The notes under the pieces are model-generated. The model was not told the DNA's origin and did not search any database. It saw nothing but the letters and a program-made list of their open reading frames with translations. DNA of 64,000 nt from Octopus vulgaris. Its lineage: Eukaryota. Positions 51,210-63,050 of this stretch are shown here, piece after piece. How positions within the stretch are numbered: the first letter of the stretch is position 1; each line of letters begins with the position of its first letter. The translations under genes and the position numbers were made by a program. The stretch spans positions 117,614,001 through 117,678,000 of the forward strand of contig OX597823.1 in NCBI GenBank assembly GCA_951406725.2, in the 5' to 3' direction.

Positions 51210-51766
51210 TATAAACAACTTATAATAAATAAGGGCAAACGAAAGAATTTCTAATGCCAAATAAGACACATTGTCCATAACCATATAATTTACCACAATA
51301 CGCATGTTACTTGAAAAAGATCGACAGAAATTTCTAAAAAAATTCCGTTATTACCATATCGGACCGATTTCAAGGTTAGTTCGTAAGAACCCTCCCTTCG
51401 TCAGTGATAAATGCGGCAAAAGAAATATATGAAATACTTACTCATACCCATGGAAGAAGCAAACACTAAGTCATGAGCACAACTAAGTACCCCAAATATA
51501 TCCAAAATAGAAATTCACCAACCCATTCAAGACATGTACGATTCGAACTGAAACTCTCACAGAGTAAGGGAGTCTGGAAGGGAACACTATTAAATTTATA
51601 TTTAATATAGGATAAAATTTTTTCGGAAAAAAAAAAAAAAAAAATTTCTGTTAAAATTTTATCGAGTAGCATGTGTATTGTGGTAAATTATATGGTTATG
51701 GACAATGTGTCTTATTTCGGCATATTTGGCATTAGAAATTTTTTTGTTTGCCCTTATTTATAAGTT

Positions 51767-51773
<7 letters not shown>
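51210..51773. mobile_element. Penelope-like pseudo-LTR structure: ~125-bp inverted arms with an internal hammerhead motif
   Basis: Arms 51210-51334 and 51642-51773 are reverse complements; abuts (TA)n; truncates the maT element. Confidence 0.7.
51357..51409 (-). ncRNA. Compact type I hammerhead-like motif
   Basis: Minus strand: TATCA-CTGACGA-AGGGAGGGTTCTTACGAACTAACCTT-GAAA-TCGG-TC-CGATA; stem II AGGG/CCTT plus GGTTC/GAACT; GUC triplet. Confidence 0.75.
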
Positions 51774-51809
<36 letters not shown>

Positions 51810-52446
51810 ACATGTCTTATATTGTATGCATGTATTTTATTAATTTGCCTGTATGGCTGATACTCACTTGCCACTTATGATGGTATTTTAATAATATCAT
51901 CCCTCTTATATATATATATATACACACACATACATACACACATGCATATATACACACATACTATATATATACACAGACACACATAAACTCATACATATAT
52001 ATATACATGACGGGCTTCCATGCAGTTTTCCTGTTTCAATTTAACACCTAAGACATTAGTTAGCTAAAGGCAATATTAGAAATATTTCCCTGAAGTGCCA
52101 TGCAGTGAGACTGCACCTGAGACCAAGTGGCTATGAAGTCAGCTGCTTACCTGTGCAGCCATACCTAAACCTCAGAGCTAATATTTTTAGTCTCTAGGAT
52201 AACATTTTTGAAGAGTAAGGTTAGAGTGGATTGTATTCAAGTCCAGAATAATGCTAGAGTTTAGTAACTCTGAAAGAAAGATTTGTTTGAAGCTACAAGA
52301 AAATGCATGATTAATTCAAAACAACGCGAATAAATAAGCATTATATGTGACAGAGTGAACTGAATGTTAAAAGGTTAATTAAAAGAAACAAAAGAAAAGA
52401 AAATAGAATAATGAGTAGAAAACTAAATTGCAGGAAGATGGTTTAC

Positions 52447-52693
52447 CTTTTGCTTGTTAGAGAAGAGGAGTCCTGAGGATTATTTGTTACTTTGGTGTTG
52501 TCATTGAGTCGGTTTGTTTCAGTGGCTGAGAGTTCAGAACTAGAGAAACTGGCACTCCTTTGAACATGAGGGATGGGGTAGGCTGGCTTTTCTGTGGTAA
52601 TAGGGGGACTGTGATAAGATGAACTGTACATTGGGTTACTTGACATGCGAGTCAACACACCACCGGGAGGTAATGAATCAACTTCACTGGGAT
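52447..52693 (-). CDS. RIC1: RIC1 coding exon (most upstream exon found in the window)
   Basis: Strong pyrimidine tract + accag acceptor, GTAAAC donor, 247 nt, phase 1-2 fitting the next exon. DPSEVDSLPPGGVLTRMSSNPMY...QRSASFSSSE...TSKR occupies the Ser/Pro-rich linker preceding the HARKLL block. Confidence 0.78.
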
Positions 52694-53504
52694 CTGGTAA
52701 AAAAATAAAAAATACAAGACAAAAAATAAATAAAAAACAAAATTTGAAAATATAATAAATTAGGGTAACTTATCAAAATATTTTTTATAATTAAAGAAAA
52801 ATTATTAGAACAAATAATTTAACAGCATTTTGGGAGATAGGCTAGATATTCAGTGATATAGCTTGAAGTCCTTAATGGGACTTCCCAAAGCACACAGGAT
52901 ACATACAAACGGAAAAAAATCTCTATATGGTCAGTCACTCTATCTGCCAGAAATAGTAGCTAAATTCCCCCAACCACAACTTAAAAAAGTTCGAACAAAA
53001 AATGTAGTTCTGAGTACATTGTTTAAAAATAAGATGGTATGGTCATGACTGGAAAGCTTTGATCATAGATAGGTTTGATTAAAACTGACCTAGGGCTAAA
53101 CAATCACAACAAGGGATTCCTAAAACATATTCTGGTTTGGGAGATTATTAATTTAATGGGTCTCATTTTACACAACATTGTATTTTCAGTTATGCTTCAC
53201 TAACACACCAACACATACATGCACACACACACATACACACACACACCTGTTGTCTCATTTCAATCCTAATTACTCTTCTTCAAGATAATATTGACTTAAT
53301 CTAAGAGTTTGTGTTTTACCTACCAAAATCTGCATTTGCTTATTCTTACATGATGGTGCCAGCTGTGCGTGCTATCTGGATATAAGGTTTCTAACCCAGA
53401 AAGTTCAACACAGTTGCTTTACACAGCAATACTTATCACAGGAATTTCCTTACTCGATAAACACACTCATCTCTAAAGCTTTGTTTTTTACCAAAGGAAG
53501 TTGG

Positions 53505-53547
<43 letters not shown>

Positions 53548-53774
53548 ATCATCAACATCATTTTTGGCATGGGTTGCATGCTGGCTGTGTGTGTGTGTGA
53601 ATGACTGGATGAACAGACAGATATATAGAAACACAAGTGCAAACACACATTTCATAGTTTCTCAACGGCTTTCGAAACTGTAAACAATAAATAAAGATGT
53701 TCTGAGGAAGTTTGGTTGCCTACACAAATTTATGAACCTCTTCAGAGAATGTGACATCAAAATTATGGCCTTAA

Positions 53775-54846
53775 CCCTTTCGATACCAAACTGCCCGGAA
53801 AAATTTTTGGTTAATGTGACCAAACCGCCCAAACCCGCCCGAATTTACCTATTCATATTTAAATGAGAATATCAGAGCAAATCTCTTTAGTACATTTGTG
53901 AAAACACGTGATTATGCTTCGTAAACAGTTCATCGACAGTTTTGTACAACGATCGACGTGTAATTTTAATTCCCTGAATTTTGGGAGATTTTTTCCACAT
54001 TTTTTTCGCCATCGATTTTTCTTCAACTTTGAAAATAGATAGGAGTTTCATGTTATCAAGCATTGATTCCGAATTGGAAAATTTGTGAAACAAATACTGG
54101 GTACTGTTGTGGATTTAGTTTTCATACAGGGAAACTAATGTTAGTCAGCATGGCTTAGGGTATGATGTGGTCTGGAAGTTATTGTTTGAAGCGATCAATG
54201 CGGAAACAAACTTACGCAGATTGTAAACAAACACAAAATGGGGGTTCAAATTTCGGAAAATTTGTGAAGCAAATACTGGGTACTGCGTGGATTTAGTTTT
54301 TATACAGGGAAAATAATGTTAGTCAGCATGGCCTAGGGAACGATGTGGTCTGGAATTTATCACTTCCATACCATAACCAGGGCCGTATATTATTTTTTGA
54401 CCGATTTCTTTAGTTCGGTCAAACTTACGGTGGATTCCACTATTTCACTTTATTCCACCTTTATGGTACACCTGTTGTGCATTAAATTCAACTGATGATA
54501 TAGTGATGTGCACAATTCTTCTTTATCAAAATTTTGTTGCATACCCAATTGAATATTAGCTGATGATTCATTTTCTATGGTGATGTTTAAACAAAATTTT
54601 TATATTTTTACCTTTTGCTCAATTTACCTGGATTTACCTGTAATTAAAGTCACTTTGAGACAAAAGTTATGCAATAGAATTGATTAAGAACCCTTTCTTT
54701 AATTATGTTCCAAATATCACATTAATATGTCGATAAGTAAAAAAGTTACAGTTATGTAATGAAACAAGCCTAGATTCATGATTATTTTAGAATTTAATTG
54801 AAACTCATGAGGGGTGTATTTTGGTCACAAATATAGTAACAAAGGG
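53775..54846. mobile_element. piggyBac-like non-autonomous element
   Basis: TTAA-CCCTTT...AAAGGG-TTAA ends (53771-53774, 54847-54850); internal ~110-bp direct duplication (~54075-54180 and ~54255-54357). Confidence 0.8.
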
Positions 54847-54912
54847 TTAATTATAGAAAGGCAAAAATCTGAATCCTCCAATGTTAAAACAAGGGTCAGG
54901 TAAGGCTGTGTA

Positions 54913-55418
54913 CCGTAAATCCTTGAGTATAGTCCGTCCTTGAGTATAATATGCAGGGGATTTTTAGGAGGTTGTACCTCTGAAAAACCTAAACCTTGTG
55001 TATATTATGCACTCCTTCTCTAACTTGAGTCAAGGAGGTCTATATAACGTCCATGGTTTGTAAAACTGTATACGGTAACGTCCTTTATTATTATTGTACA
55101 TATAACATAATGCAAACATTTTTTGTGCATTTTGTTTGCAGAAAATAAAGAAATAACAGTAATAACGTTTAATAAATGTTGTTTACTGCAAGTTATGGAT
55201 GATTCTTTTATGACTTCATTGCTTTCAGGCTTAGCTTAAGGTATTTTCATGCCCGACATCACAAAATGTGTCTGAATAAATATTGCCAGACAGCAAATAG
55301 AGACTCGGACATTGCTTAGAAAATAATTTTTATTTTTAACCTCGTGTATAATACGCACTAAGGATTTTGACCTTTAAAGTTTGGGGAAAAAATGCAGATT
55401 ATACTCGAGGATTTACGG
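54913..55418. mobile_element. Tigger/pogo-like (Tc1/mariner superfamily) MITE
   Basis: TIR CCGTAAATCCT(T/C)GAGTATA at both ends; TA on the left, CA (mutated TA) on the right. Confidence 0.8.
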
Positions 55419-57134
55419 CACTATTTAATATAATCCTTGTTTGTGTGACAACATGATTACACAGAAGGATGGAAAATAGGGAAGGAGTTGCTATTAACTT
55501 CCAACCAAACAGAAACCTTTCCAGCAACAGAAGGCTACAGGCTACCACCTTACTCAGATCTGAACTGATCCCTGATTCAATTTTCACAGGTAGTTGTGCA
55601 ATTGGTTATTGACTGCCAATTCTATTTCTATGCAGATGATGCTATAGGCTAGGATTCTGATAGATTAGCTTTGCATTCCTCCTTCCTCTTGTGGATAAAC
55701 ATCACAGAGATAGTCTTTTATGATTTAGATATATGCTTTAGGTAAAGTATATCTGAAGTAGGTGACAGAGGCTGGTTCTTAACAGCATTTTTGGTATTTG
55801 ATCAGAAAGAGTGTGTGCGTGTGTGTGTGTGTGTGATGTGTCTAAGTTACTAAATTATCACCATGATATCATCAGCGTTGAAGATCACAAGCTGTAAAAG
55901 TGTTATCAGGAAACACAATCAACTGGCAATTATAATAAAAGAGAGATGCTGAACAAAGCAATCTCAAAGACACTGAATATGTGCTCTATCTTCAGAGATT
56001 GTAAATGATGTGCCATCTCGTTCTTTCTTTACATCTGCTCTGATAATATCCCAAGCCTCCACCCCTAACGTATGAGCATACCCTCTCAGTAAACTGCAAG
56101 CTTATATGCTTTAGTGTCATCAATCAATGCTCTGCCATGTATCATAAAGTCATTCACATAACTAGTTTTACCAGTCAGGAGCTGAGAATTAGAAGGTGAA
56201 TCTTATTTTCTCACAAAGGGTTCTTACCAAAATTACTTTCTTCTCTCTTTTAGTTAATATACTGAATTGTTTACCTTCACTGCATCAATTCCAACCAAAA
56301 CAAACTAGCATTCACCGCCTTATATTCTACAGTTTATATTTAACTTTCCTTTAACCCATTCATGATGAGCTTAATACATAGTAGCCTGGCGTACACCAGA
56401 CTAAAAGCACAACTACTGATAGTTAGACCAGCTATGACTACAGAGGCTGATATGAGGTTAAGTATACTTAGCTATCTCATTGCTACCACCAGACTATAGG
56501 TTCACACACTACTAATTACACTCATTAAAGTTGAACTTCTAGACAAAACAAACTATTTTGTTAATCTCAGTGTCCTATGCTGTAAAGTAAACGCTAGACC
56601 TATTTCACTATTAGATGTTGTGTGAATGTTATCAGGGTAGAATAAAGAAATGCTACCCATAAAGACATCTCATCTATGAACTTAAACAAACAGATGTAAG
56701 TTGAAAGAAAAGCACACCATAAACAAACCAATTTGAAAGAAGTGTGTTGTTGGCCCTTGTCTAGGACTGAACTGCACAACTCCTATTCACTGGGTAAACA
56801 TGCTACCTAATATATGGATATTGTATTTTCAGTATTTCTTTTAATCTAGTAACTATAGCAATATTTAAGTCATCGATGCATCACATGACGGTTGTTAATG
56901 ATCATCCTCCTTGCTCAGATACAGGTGAGGGTAGGCAACCAGAAGTGTATCAGGCTGTAGAAAATTCTGTCTGACCCATGCAGGCAACAAAAAGCAAACA
57001 TTAAATGATGATAATGAGGAAGAGGAATATAGCAAAAGATAAAAATATACCAAAAGAAACAGAGAATACAACAATGTGGTTAAGATTGTGTCTGGATTCG
57101 TCATTTCATTACACACTGATCTTTAACGTTTGCA

Positions 57135-57473
57135 AGCAGAGTTGGTGTGGTAAAAAGTTTGCTTCCCAACTATATGGTTCCAGGGTCAGTCCCACTGAGT
57201 GGCACCTTGGGCAAGTGTCTTCTACTATAGCCTCAGGCCAACCAAAGCCTTGTGAGTGGATTTGGTAGATGAAATATGAAAAATGCCCGCCGGTGGCACG
57301 TAAAAGGCACCCACTACACTCATGAAGTGGTTGGCGTTAGGAAGGGCATCCAGCTGTAGAAACACTGCCAGATCAGACTGGGGCCTGGTGCAGCCTCCTG
57401 GCTTCCCAGACCCCAGTCAAACCGTCCAACCCATGCTAGCATGGAAAACGGACGTTAAACGATGATGATGATG
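57135..57473 (+). mobile_element. SINE family B head joined to an RTE LINE 3' tail
   Basis: SINE head/core 57135-57285 runs directly into GCCGGTGGCACGTAAAAGGCACC...(GAT)n. Confidence 0.78.
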
Positions 57474-57754
57474 ATATAATCTAAACAAGATCAAGTTTAT
57501 CACATCTTTAATGACCAACTCTATTTTCAATACCATTTCATACAGAAGTTTCAGAGGAAAATTTATGTAATATTTGCAGTTTCAAACGTCAGAGTAGCAC
57601 TTCTTCAGACCTACATCAAGGGTGCTCTCTAAGTTTGTGTATCTGCTAGGCTTTGTGTTTTGCTTGTATCGAAAAGGGACAAAAAATATAAAGAAAGATA
57701 AAAATGAAAATAAAAGTGCGACTCTTATGTCTCAAACTGTAAATCATCATCATT

Positions 57755-57984
57755 TACATTATTTACATTTGACGGATATTTGTCCTCATCTTGTTTGTTA
57801 ACACATTTCGGTTGATATATTCTCCAGCCTTCATCAGGTATCTTGGGGAAATTTGGAACTGGGTTCTCATTCCTAAGGTATTTTTCAATGTTGTTATTAT
57901 TATTATTATCCAGGGCACTGCCTAGAATTGAACTCAGAATCTTGGGGTTAGTAGCCCGCGCTCTTAATCACTATGCCATATGCC
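57755..57984 (-). mobile_element. SINE family C with hammerhead-like 3' module
   Basis: Homologous to 40597-40846; core here is CTGATGA-AGGCTG...CAACC-GAAA. Confidence 0.8.
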
Positions 57985-57987
57985 TGT

Positions 57988-58165
57988 ATCATCATCATTT
58001 AACAGCCATCTTCCATGCTGGCATGGGTTGGATGGTTTGACAGGAGCTGACCAGAAAGGAGCATGCATCAGACTTCTGTGTCTGTTTTGACAGGGTTTTT
58101 ACAGCTGGATGCCCTTCCTAACACCAACCACCCAGCAGAGTAGACTGAGTGCTTTTTACATGGCA
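57988..58165 (-). mobile_element. RTE-related 3' tail
   Basis: (CAT)n + TTCCATGCTGGCATGGGTTGGATGG...ACAGCTGGATGCCCTTCCTAAC. Confidence 0.72.
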
Positions 58166-58454
58166 CAAGCAAATATTATGTAAATTTTCACATGGAACCC
58201 TTGCACAAACTGGTAGAGAAACAACAGCAACTGGTCACCAAAGATGCAATAAACACTTTCTTTGTCTTCATATTTGGATTATATTTTACTTTTCACTTGA
58301 CCCATACATTGGTTTTACTGTTGTGACACCTGGATTTTCTGCACCTGAAGAAATTCAATCTTAAGATTTTAATCCAAGAGTGTAGACAACCTAAAGCTTG
58401 GGTTGAGTGCTGCATTAGAAATACTCCATCTTTCTGCCCCCCACCCAACGCCAA

Positions 58455-58650
58455 TGTGTGTCTGTGTTTGTCTCCCCCTCCCTGCTTGACAACAGGTGTT
58501 GATGTGTTTATGTCCCTACAACTTAGTAGTTCAGCAAAAGAGACCAATAAAATATGCACCAGCCTAAAAATATATATATATAAGTACTGGGGTTGATTTC
58601 TTTGACTAAAATTCTCCAAGGTGGTGCTTCAGCATGGCCACAGTCAATAA
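58455..58650 (+). mobile_element. SINE family B 3' half
   Basis: GCTTGACAAC...CAAAAGAGACC...CAGCATGGCCACAGTC. Confidence 0.75.
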
Positions 58651-59824
58651 AAGACATTGTGGGGTGTAGATACAATTGAGTATTATCCATGGATATGTGT
58701 GCTAAGGAGATAAAAAGATCGATAATGTGGGAAGAACAAAAGCAATAGCATCATCAAGAAAATGTGTGTGCTTTAGGGATTAATAATACATCTGGGAAAA
58801 GACACCCTTTCTTAAAATATCCATTGGTTCCATGCAAAGAACTGCTTGCCTGGAAACCATGAAATACAACAGAGAAAACCAGTTAGAGATCCGGTGTACA
58901 GAATTTCCCAAACAACACATCTATTAATTTGGCTGGAATTCCAGTGATCAATTAAGCAAGACAATCCTTGGTTTGAAACTGCTGTGAAGAGACCTTGAAT
59001 AGTTATTAACCTGACAGGTAGCTGACAGCTCTGGTAATCTCTCTCTCTCTCTCTCTTCTCTCTCTCACACACACAAAGAAAAACAGACAGATGGACTGAT
59101 ACAGACAAAACTAGAAATACATTATCAGAAGCCACAACAGGGGGCGCTACTGATAAGTGTACTTAAGACTAAATATCGAAATTACTTATGAAAATAACAA
59201 TTAGTCACTTGGCACAGAATGGAACTAATTTTCAACCAAGAATGAAATTTGCTTCTCCCTCTCCTCACCATCATTGTTGATGCTGTTATTGAAGTCAGCC
59301 AAATGTGGCTTTTCAGTTTCTTATCAAGAGCTCTTCCAAAATGCTAATATACAAAATGTTAATTCCACCAAAGCTGTACTATTTACAACAAAGACAGGAT
59401 AAAATGTTGGCAAGTAAAGCCAAAGGTCAAATGATGGACTAAAGTTCAAATCTTGCTCAACTAAATTGACTTTCACCTGGGATTTTAATAAAGTACATTC
59501 CAAGAGATTATTGTGTGAATTAACATCTTACCCCCACCACAACAGTTTATTGACTAATACTAGTTCTAAGGAATGTGGAGGAATTGTTTTTATGTTGACA
59601 CAGATCATGATGAAGACCTCCTCCATTGCTAACACAATCCTCCTCATCATCAACTACATGATACTGACAGTGAAAAACTGAATGTGAAAGATCTGTGGAG
59701 GTTGGAGAGAGATGAGCTGAGCCAGTTGGATGTCTAGTGTCACCTTGCAAGGTAGCCTGTTTTTGGAAAATGGCTGGGATATTAAAGAACATCAGCTTTT
59801 TTTTTGAAAGACTGATAGTTGCAA

Positions 59825-59985
59825 TCATCATCATCATCATCATCGTTTAACGTCCGCTTTCCATGCTAGCATGGGTTGGACGATTTGACTGAGGTCTGGC
59901 GAGCCAGATGGCTGCACCAGACTCCAATCTCCAGACTCCAGATTCTGGCAGAGTTTCTACAGCTGGATGCCCTTCCTAATGCCAA
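59825..59985 (-). mobile_element. RTE LINE 3' tail
   Basis: (CAT)n CGTTTAACGTCCGCTTTCCATGCTAGCATGGGTTGGACG. Confidence 0.82.
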
Positions 59986-60697
59986 TAGTAGAGACAAATG
60001 ATACGAAGAAATAACAGGACATTTCTCAAGGAAAATATAAGTTCTTTTCAGGCAGAATGAAGTTGTTCTAATTTAACACTGGGAATTCATCAGTCCAAGT
60101 GATGGAAATTAACAACATCCAGTATCTAACATCATTATCTTGTTTATCTTCAACAGAAACACTGTTGTAATTTCATATTAAAGAACTTCTCTATATCACC
60201 ATAAACACATATTACCAGTGAGATACCAGTTCAATCAGAATTTATGATCTAACTAATTAATATTTGCAAATGGCAGAGTAGGTAAATATTGGAATGGCAT
60301 GTGCAGTATTAAAAGCTGTGTATTAACTGAAAGCAAATGTACAGAAATATGCTGCATAGCAAATACAGCCGGTTCATTTCTCCATCTTTTAGTGACTGCA
60401 GTATTTTATGAAAGCTTTACACACACACACACACACAAATATACATACACACAAGCAGAGAGAGAGAGAGAGAGAGAGAGAGGAAGAAAGAGGAGTGGAG
60501 ACATGTACAACAGTTAACCTGAACACACAATTAAATTGAAGTGTAATTCATATGAAATTTCCCATGTTTTCTAATAGTGAGGATTTTAAATATTAAATTC
60601 CCTAAATAGAAAACCAATATTGAATATCAAATGGAACAAACTTTAATACATAAATTCTTGTGTGTATATGAGTGCACTCGCACTAATATCAAACAGC

Positions 60698-60878
60698 ATC
60701 ATCATCATCATTTAACATCTATTTTCCATGCTGGCATGGGTTGGAAGGTTTGATAGGATCTGGCAAGCCACAAGGCAGCATTGAGCTCCAACATCAGCTT
60801 TGGTCTGGTTTTTGTGGCTAGATGCCTTTCCTAATGCCAACCACTTCACAGGGTGTAGTGGGTGCTTCCTTTGTGCCA
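60698..60878 (-). mobile_element. RTE-related 3' tail (older)
   Basis: Same motif set, more diverged. Confidence 0.72.
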
Positions 60879-61030
60879 GACAGAAAAGGGAAAGGCTCTT
60901 AATACAAAGAGGGAAAAATTTAAGAGACGAAGGTGGAGGTGAGTGGCTTTATGCCAGGTGTTGAAAAGTTAATGTATAATAGGGGAACAAGCACAGCTAC
61001 AAACACACACATATATATATATATTATTGT

Positions 61031-61247
61031 TAAGGCAGTGAGGTGGTGAATGGTTAGCATGCCAGGTGAAATACTTAGTGGTATTTCGTCTGCTGCTACA
61101 TTCTGAGTTCAAATTCTGCTGAAGTCAACTTTGCCTTTCATTCTTTCAGGGTTGATAAATTAAGTGCCAGTGGATCACTGAGGTTGATGTAATTGTCTAG
61201 TCCCCTCCCCACAAATTCGAGGCCTAGTGCCTCCAGTAGAAAGGATT
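61031..61247 (+). mobile_element. SINE family A variant
   Basis: Head, GAGTTCAAATTC B-box, core, TAGAAAGGATTATT tail. Confidence 0.8.
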
Positions 61248-61354
61248 ATTATTATTGTTGTTGTTGTTGTCAGTAAATAAGTTACATGGTATACTCCTGG
61301 TGGTTTGCTGGTAAAGCATGTTCACGGTTTCAGTGTTCATTGGGTTTTTGATAA

Positions 61355-61875
61355 ATGAGAGAGATGGAATATGGAAGATACAAGATCTTTATTGATCACT
61401 ATAATGGTTTGACTTATCTAGCATCAATCCCGCGCAGGTGGGATTCTGAACATTTGGTTTAAGTGCATCCATCAATGTAGATGTGTCTCCTCAGGTGATT
61501 TCAATGGATATCTCTTTAAAATAAACTTTGTTTTGTAAGATTTCTTCTTGATCTTCGTATATAGAAGTGGAAAATTATGGATTAAATACACAATATTGTG
61601 TATTTCTTTTAATATCTGATATTTGTTATGGATTTTCTGTAAGAATAAAACTGTCTACCTTAATTTGCCACTTCTATATATGAAGACCAAGAAGAAATCT
61701 TGCAAAACAAAGTTTATCTTAAAAAGATAACTATTGAAATCACCTGAGGAGATACATCTACACCTAGGGATGCACCTAAACCAAATGTTCAGAATCCCAC
61801 CCACAAAGGATCAATGCTAGAGGGGTCGGAACAATTGTAGTGATCAATAAGGATTCTCGTATCTTCCATATTCCA

Positions 61876-61885
<10 letters not shown>
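61355..61885. mobile_element. ~225-bp inverted repeat pair (Penelope-like pseudo-LTRs), each arm with a hammerhead-like motif
   Basis: 61355-61577 is the reverse complement of 61661-61885 with an ~83-bp spacer; right end abuts (TA)n(GA)n. Confidence 0.8.
61732..61849 (+). ncRNA. Hammerhead-like motif with large stem-II insert (right arm)
   Basis: Stem I TATTG-aa-ATCAC/GTGAT-CAATA; CTGAGGA 61744-61750; stem II GA(T/C)...GTC enclosing ~70 nt; GGAA (GAAA variant); palindrome ACAATTGT; GUA triplet. Confidence 0.72.
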
Positions 61886-61946
<61 letters not shown>

Positions 61947-62499
61947 CACACGCACATTTTTATTTTTATACATTTTTATTTTTATATATATATATCCATA
62001 TATGTACGTATGCACATTCATATAAAATAAAATATTTATATACCCACACCCAGTAACAGTTCATTTCTTAAACACAGTCCCTCTACACAGCACCTTGGGC
62101 AACCTCTTCTCCAACAGCCCAGACTAACGTCTTTGTAAGTAGATGTGGTAAAAAAGAAACTGAAAGAAGCTGTAGTGGGGAGGGACATTTGTATGTGATG
62201 CATGCATTCATATGCATACCTGTGAGTTGGTTTATGTTTGTTCTCTGAAAGTCACTGAGTTACAAGTAGAGACATTGTTGTCATTTCCTTTGTTAAGAAA
62301 TCATCTACTGGCTTTGCAACATCAACGGCATGTGGTATCTATAAGATCCCTTACTTGAGAAACAGGTAAGGGTTACCATCACAAAAAGCAACCAGCTATT
62401 TGCTGTTATAAGAATGAGAGTTATCAAATAATGGATTATTAGAACAATCAGTTTCGAAAGGGAGAAATAGCCACTGTTGCAAGATTAAACAAGTCTCTT

Positions 62500-63050
62500 C
62501 ACCTTACTTTGTATCTTTTCCTTTGCAAACCACTTTATAGAGTAGACTGAGTGGAATTTATCATGGCACAAACACTAAAGAAGATACCTTGTCTGCAATT
62601 TCTTCTCTAAACCAAATTCAGCTATAAAAATCACTGCTACTGACTCTCACTTTGCCCTTAAAGGACATTCATCAGAGTGACCACCAGTTAGGGATTACTG
62701 AACTACAGAGTGTGGAACATTGCCAAAGGCTTACTCCAGCTCAATAAATTTTAGGTATAGGGGATCACTCTAGTTTAGTATTTCTTTTGTCTTACAAAAG
62801 ACGGCCTTAGTAGTAACCCTTTCTGGCACAATGCCAAACAGCAACTTGTCTAGGCGAATTCTTTTCTTAATGTGTTGTGCTATAATACCTTCAGTAACTT
62901 TCATAAGAAAGATCATTAATTTGAAACGTTTGTAGTTGCCATTCTCCCTAGAGCATTTCTTGTGAACTTGTAGCTGACAATTATATTGTTATACCAGTCA
63001 TTGCTGAAACCTTGAATGCCAACAAAATGACCCCTTTGGTTTCTTTTCAC
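62500..63050 (-). mobile_element. Highly degraded LINE reverse-transcriptase fragment
   Basis: Minus strand: HIKKRIRLDKLLFGIVPERVTTKAVF, resembling the Q.GF.P.RST.DAIF motif of non-LTR RTs. Confidence 0.5.

Noticed and set aside
57570-57615. Minus-strand CTGAAGA...GAAA-CTGCA hammerhead-like spacing
   Set aside because: Stem II is weak and there is no stem I or NUH support
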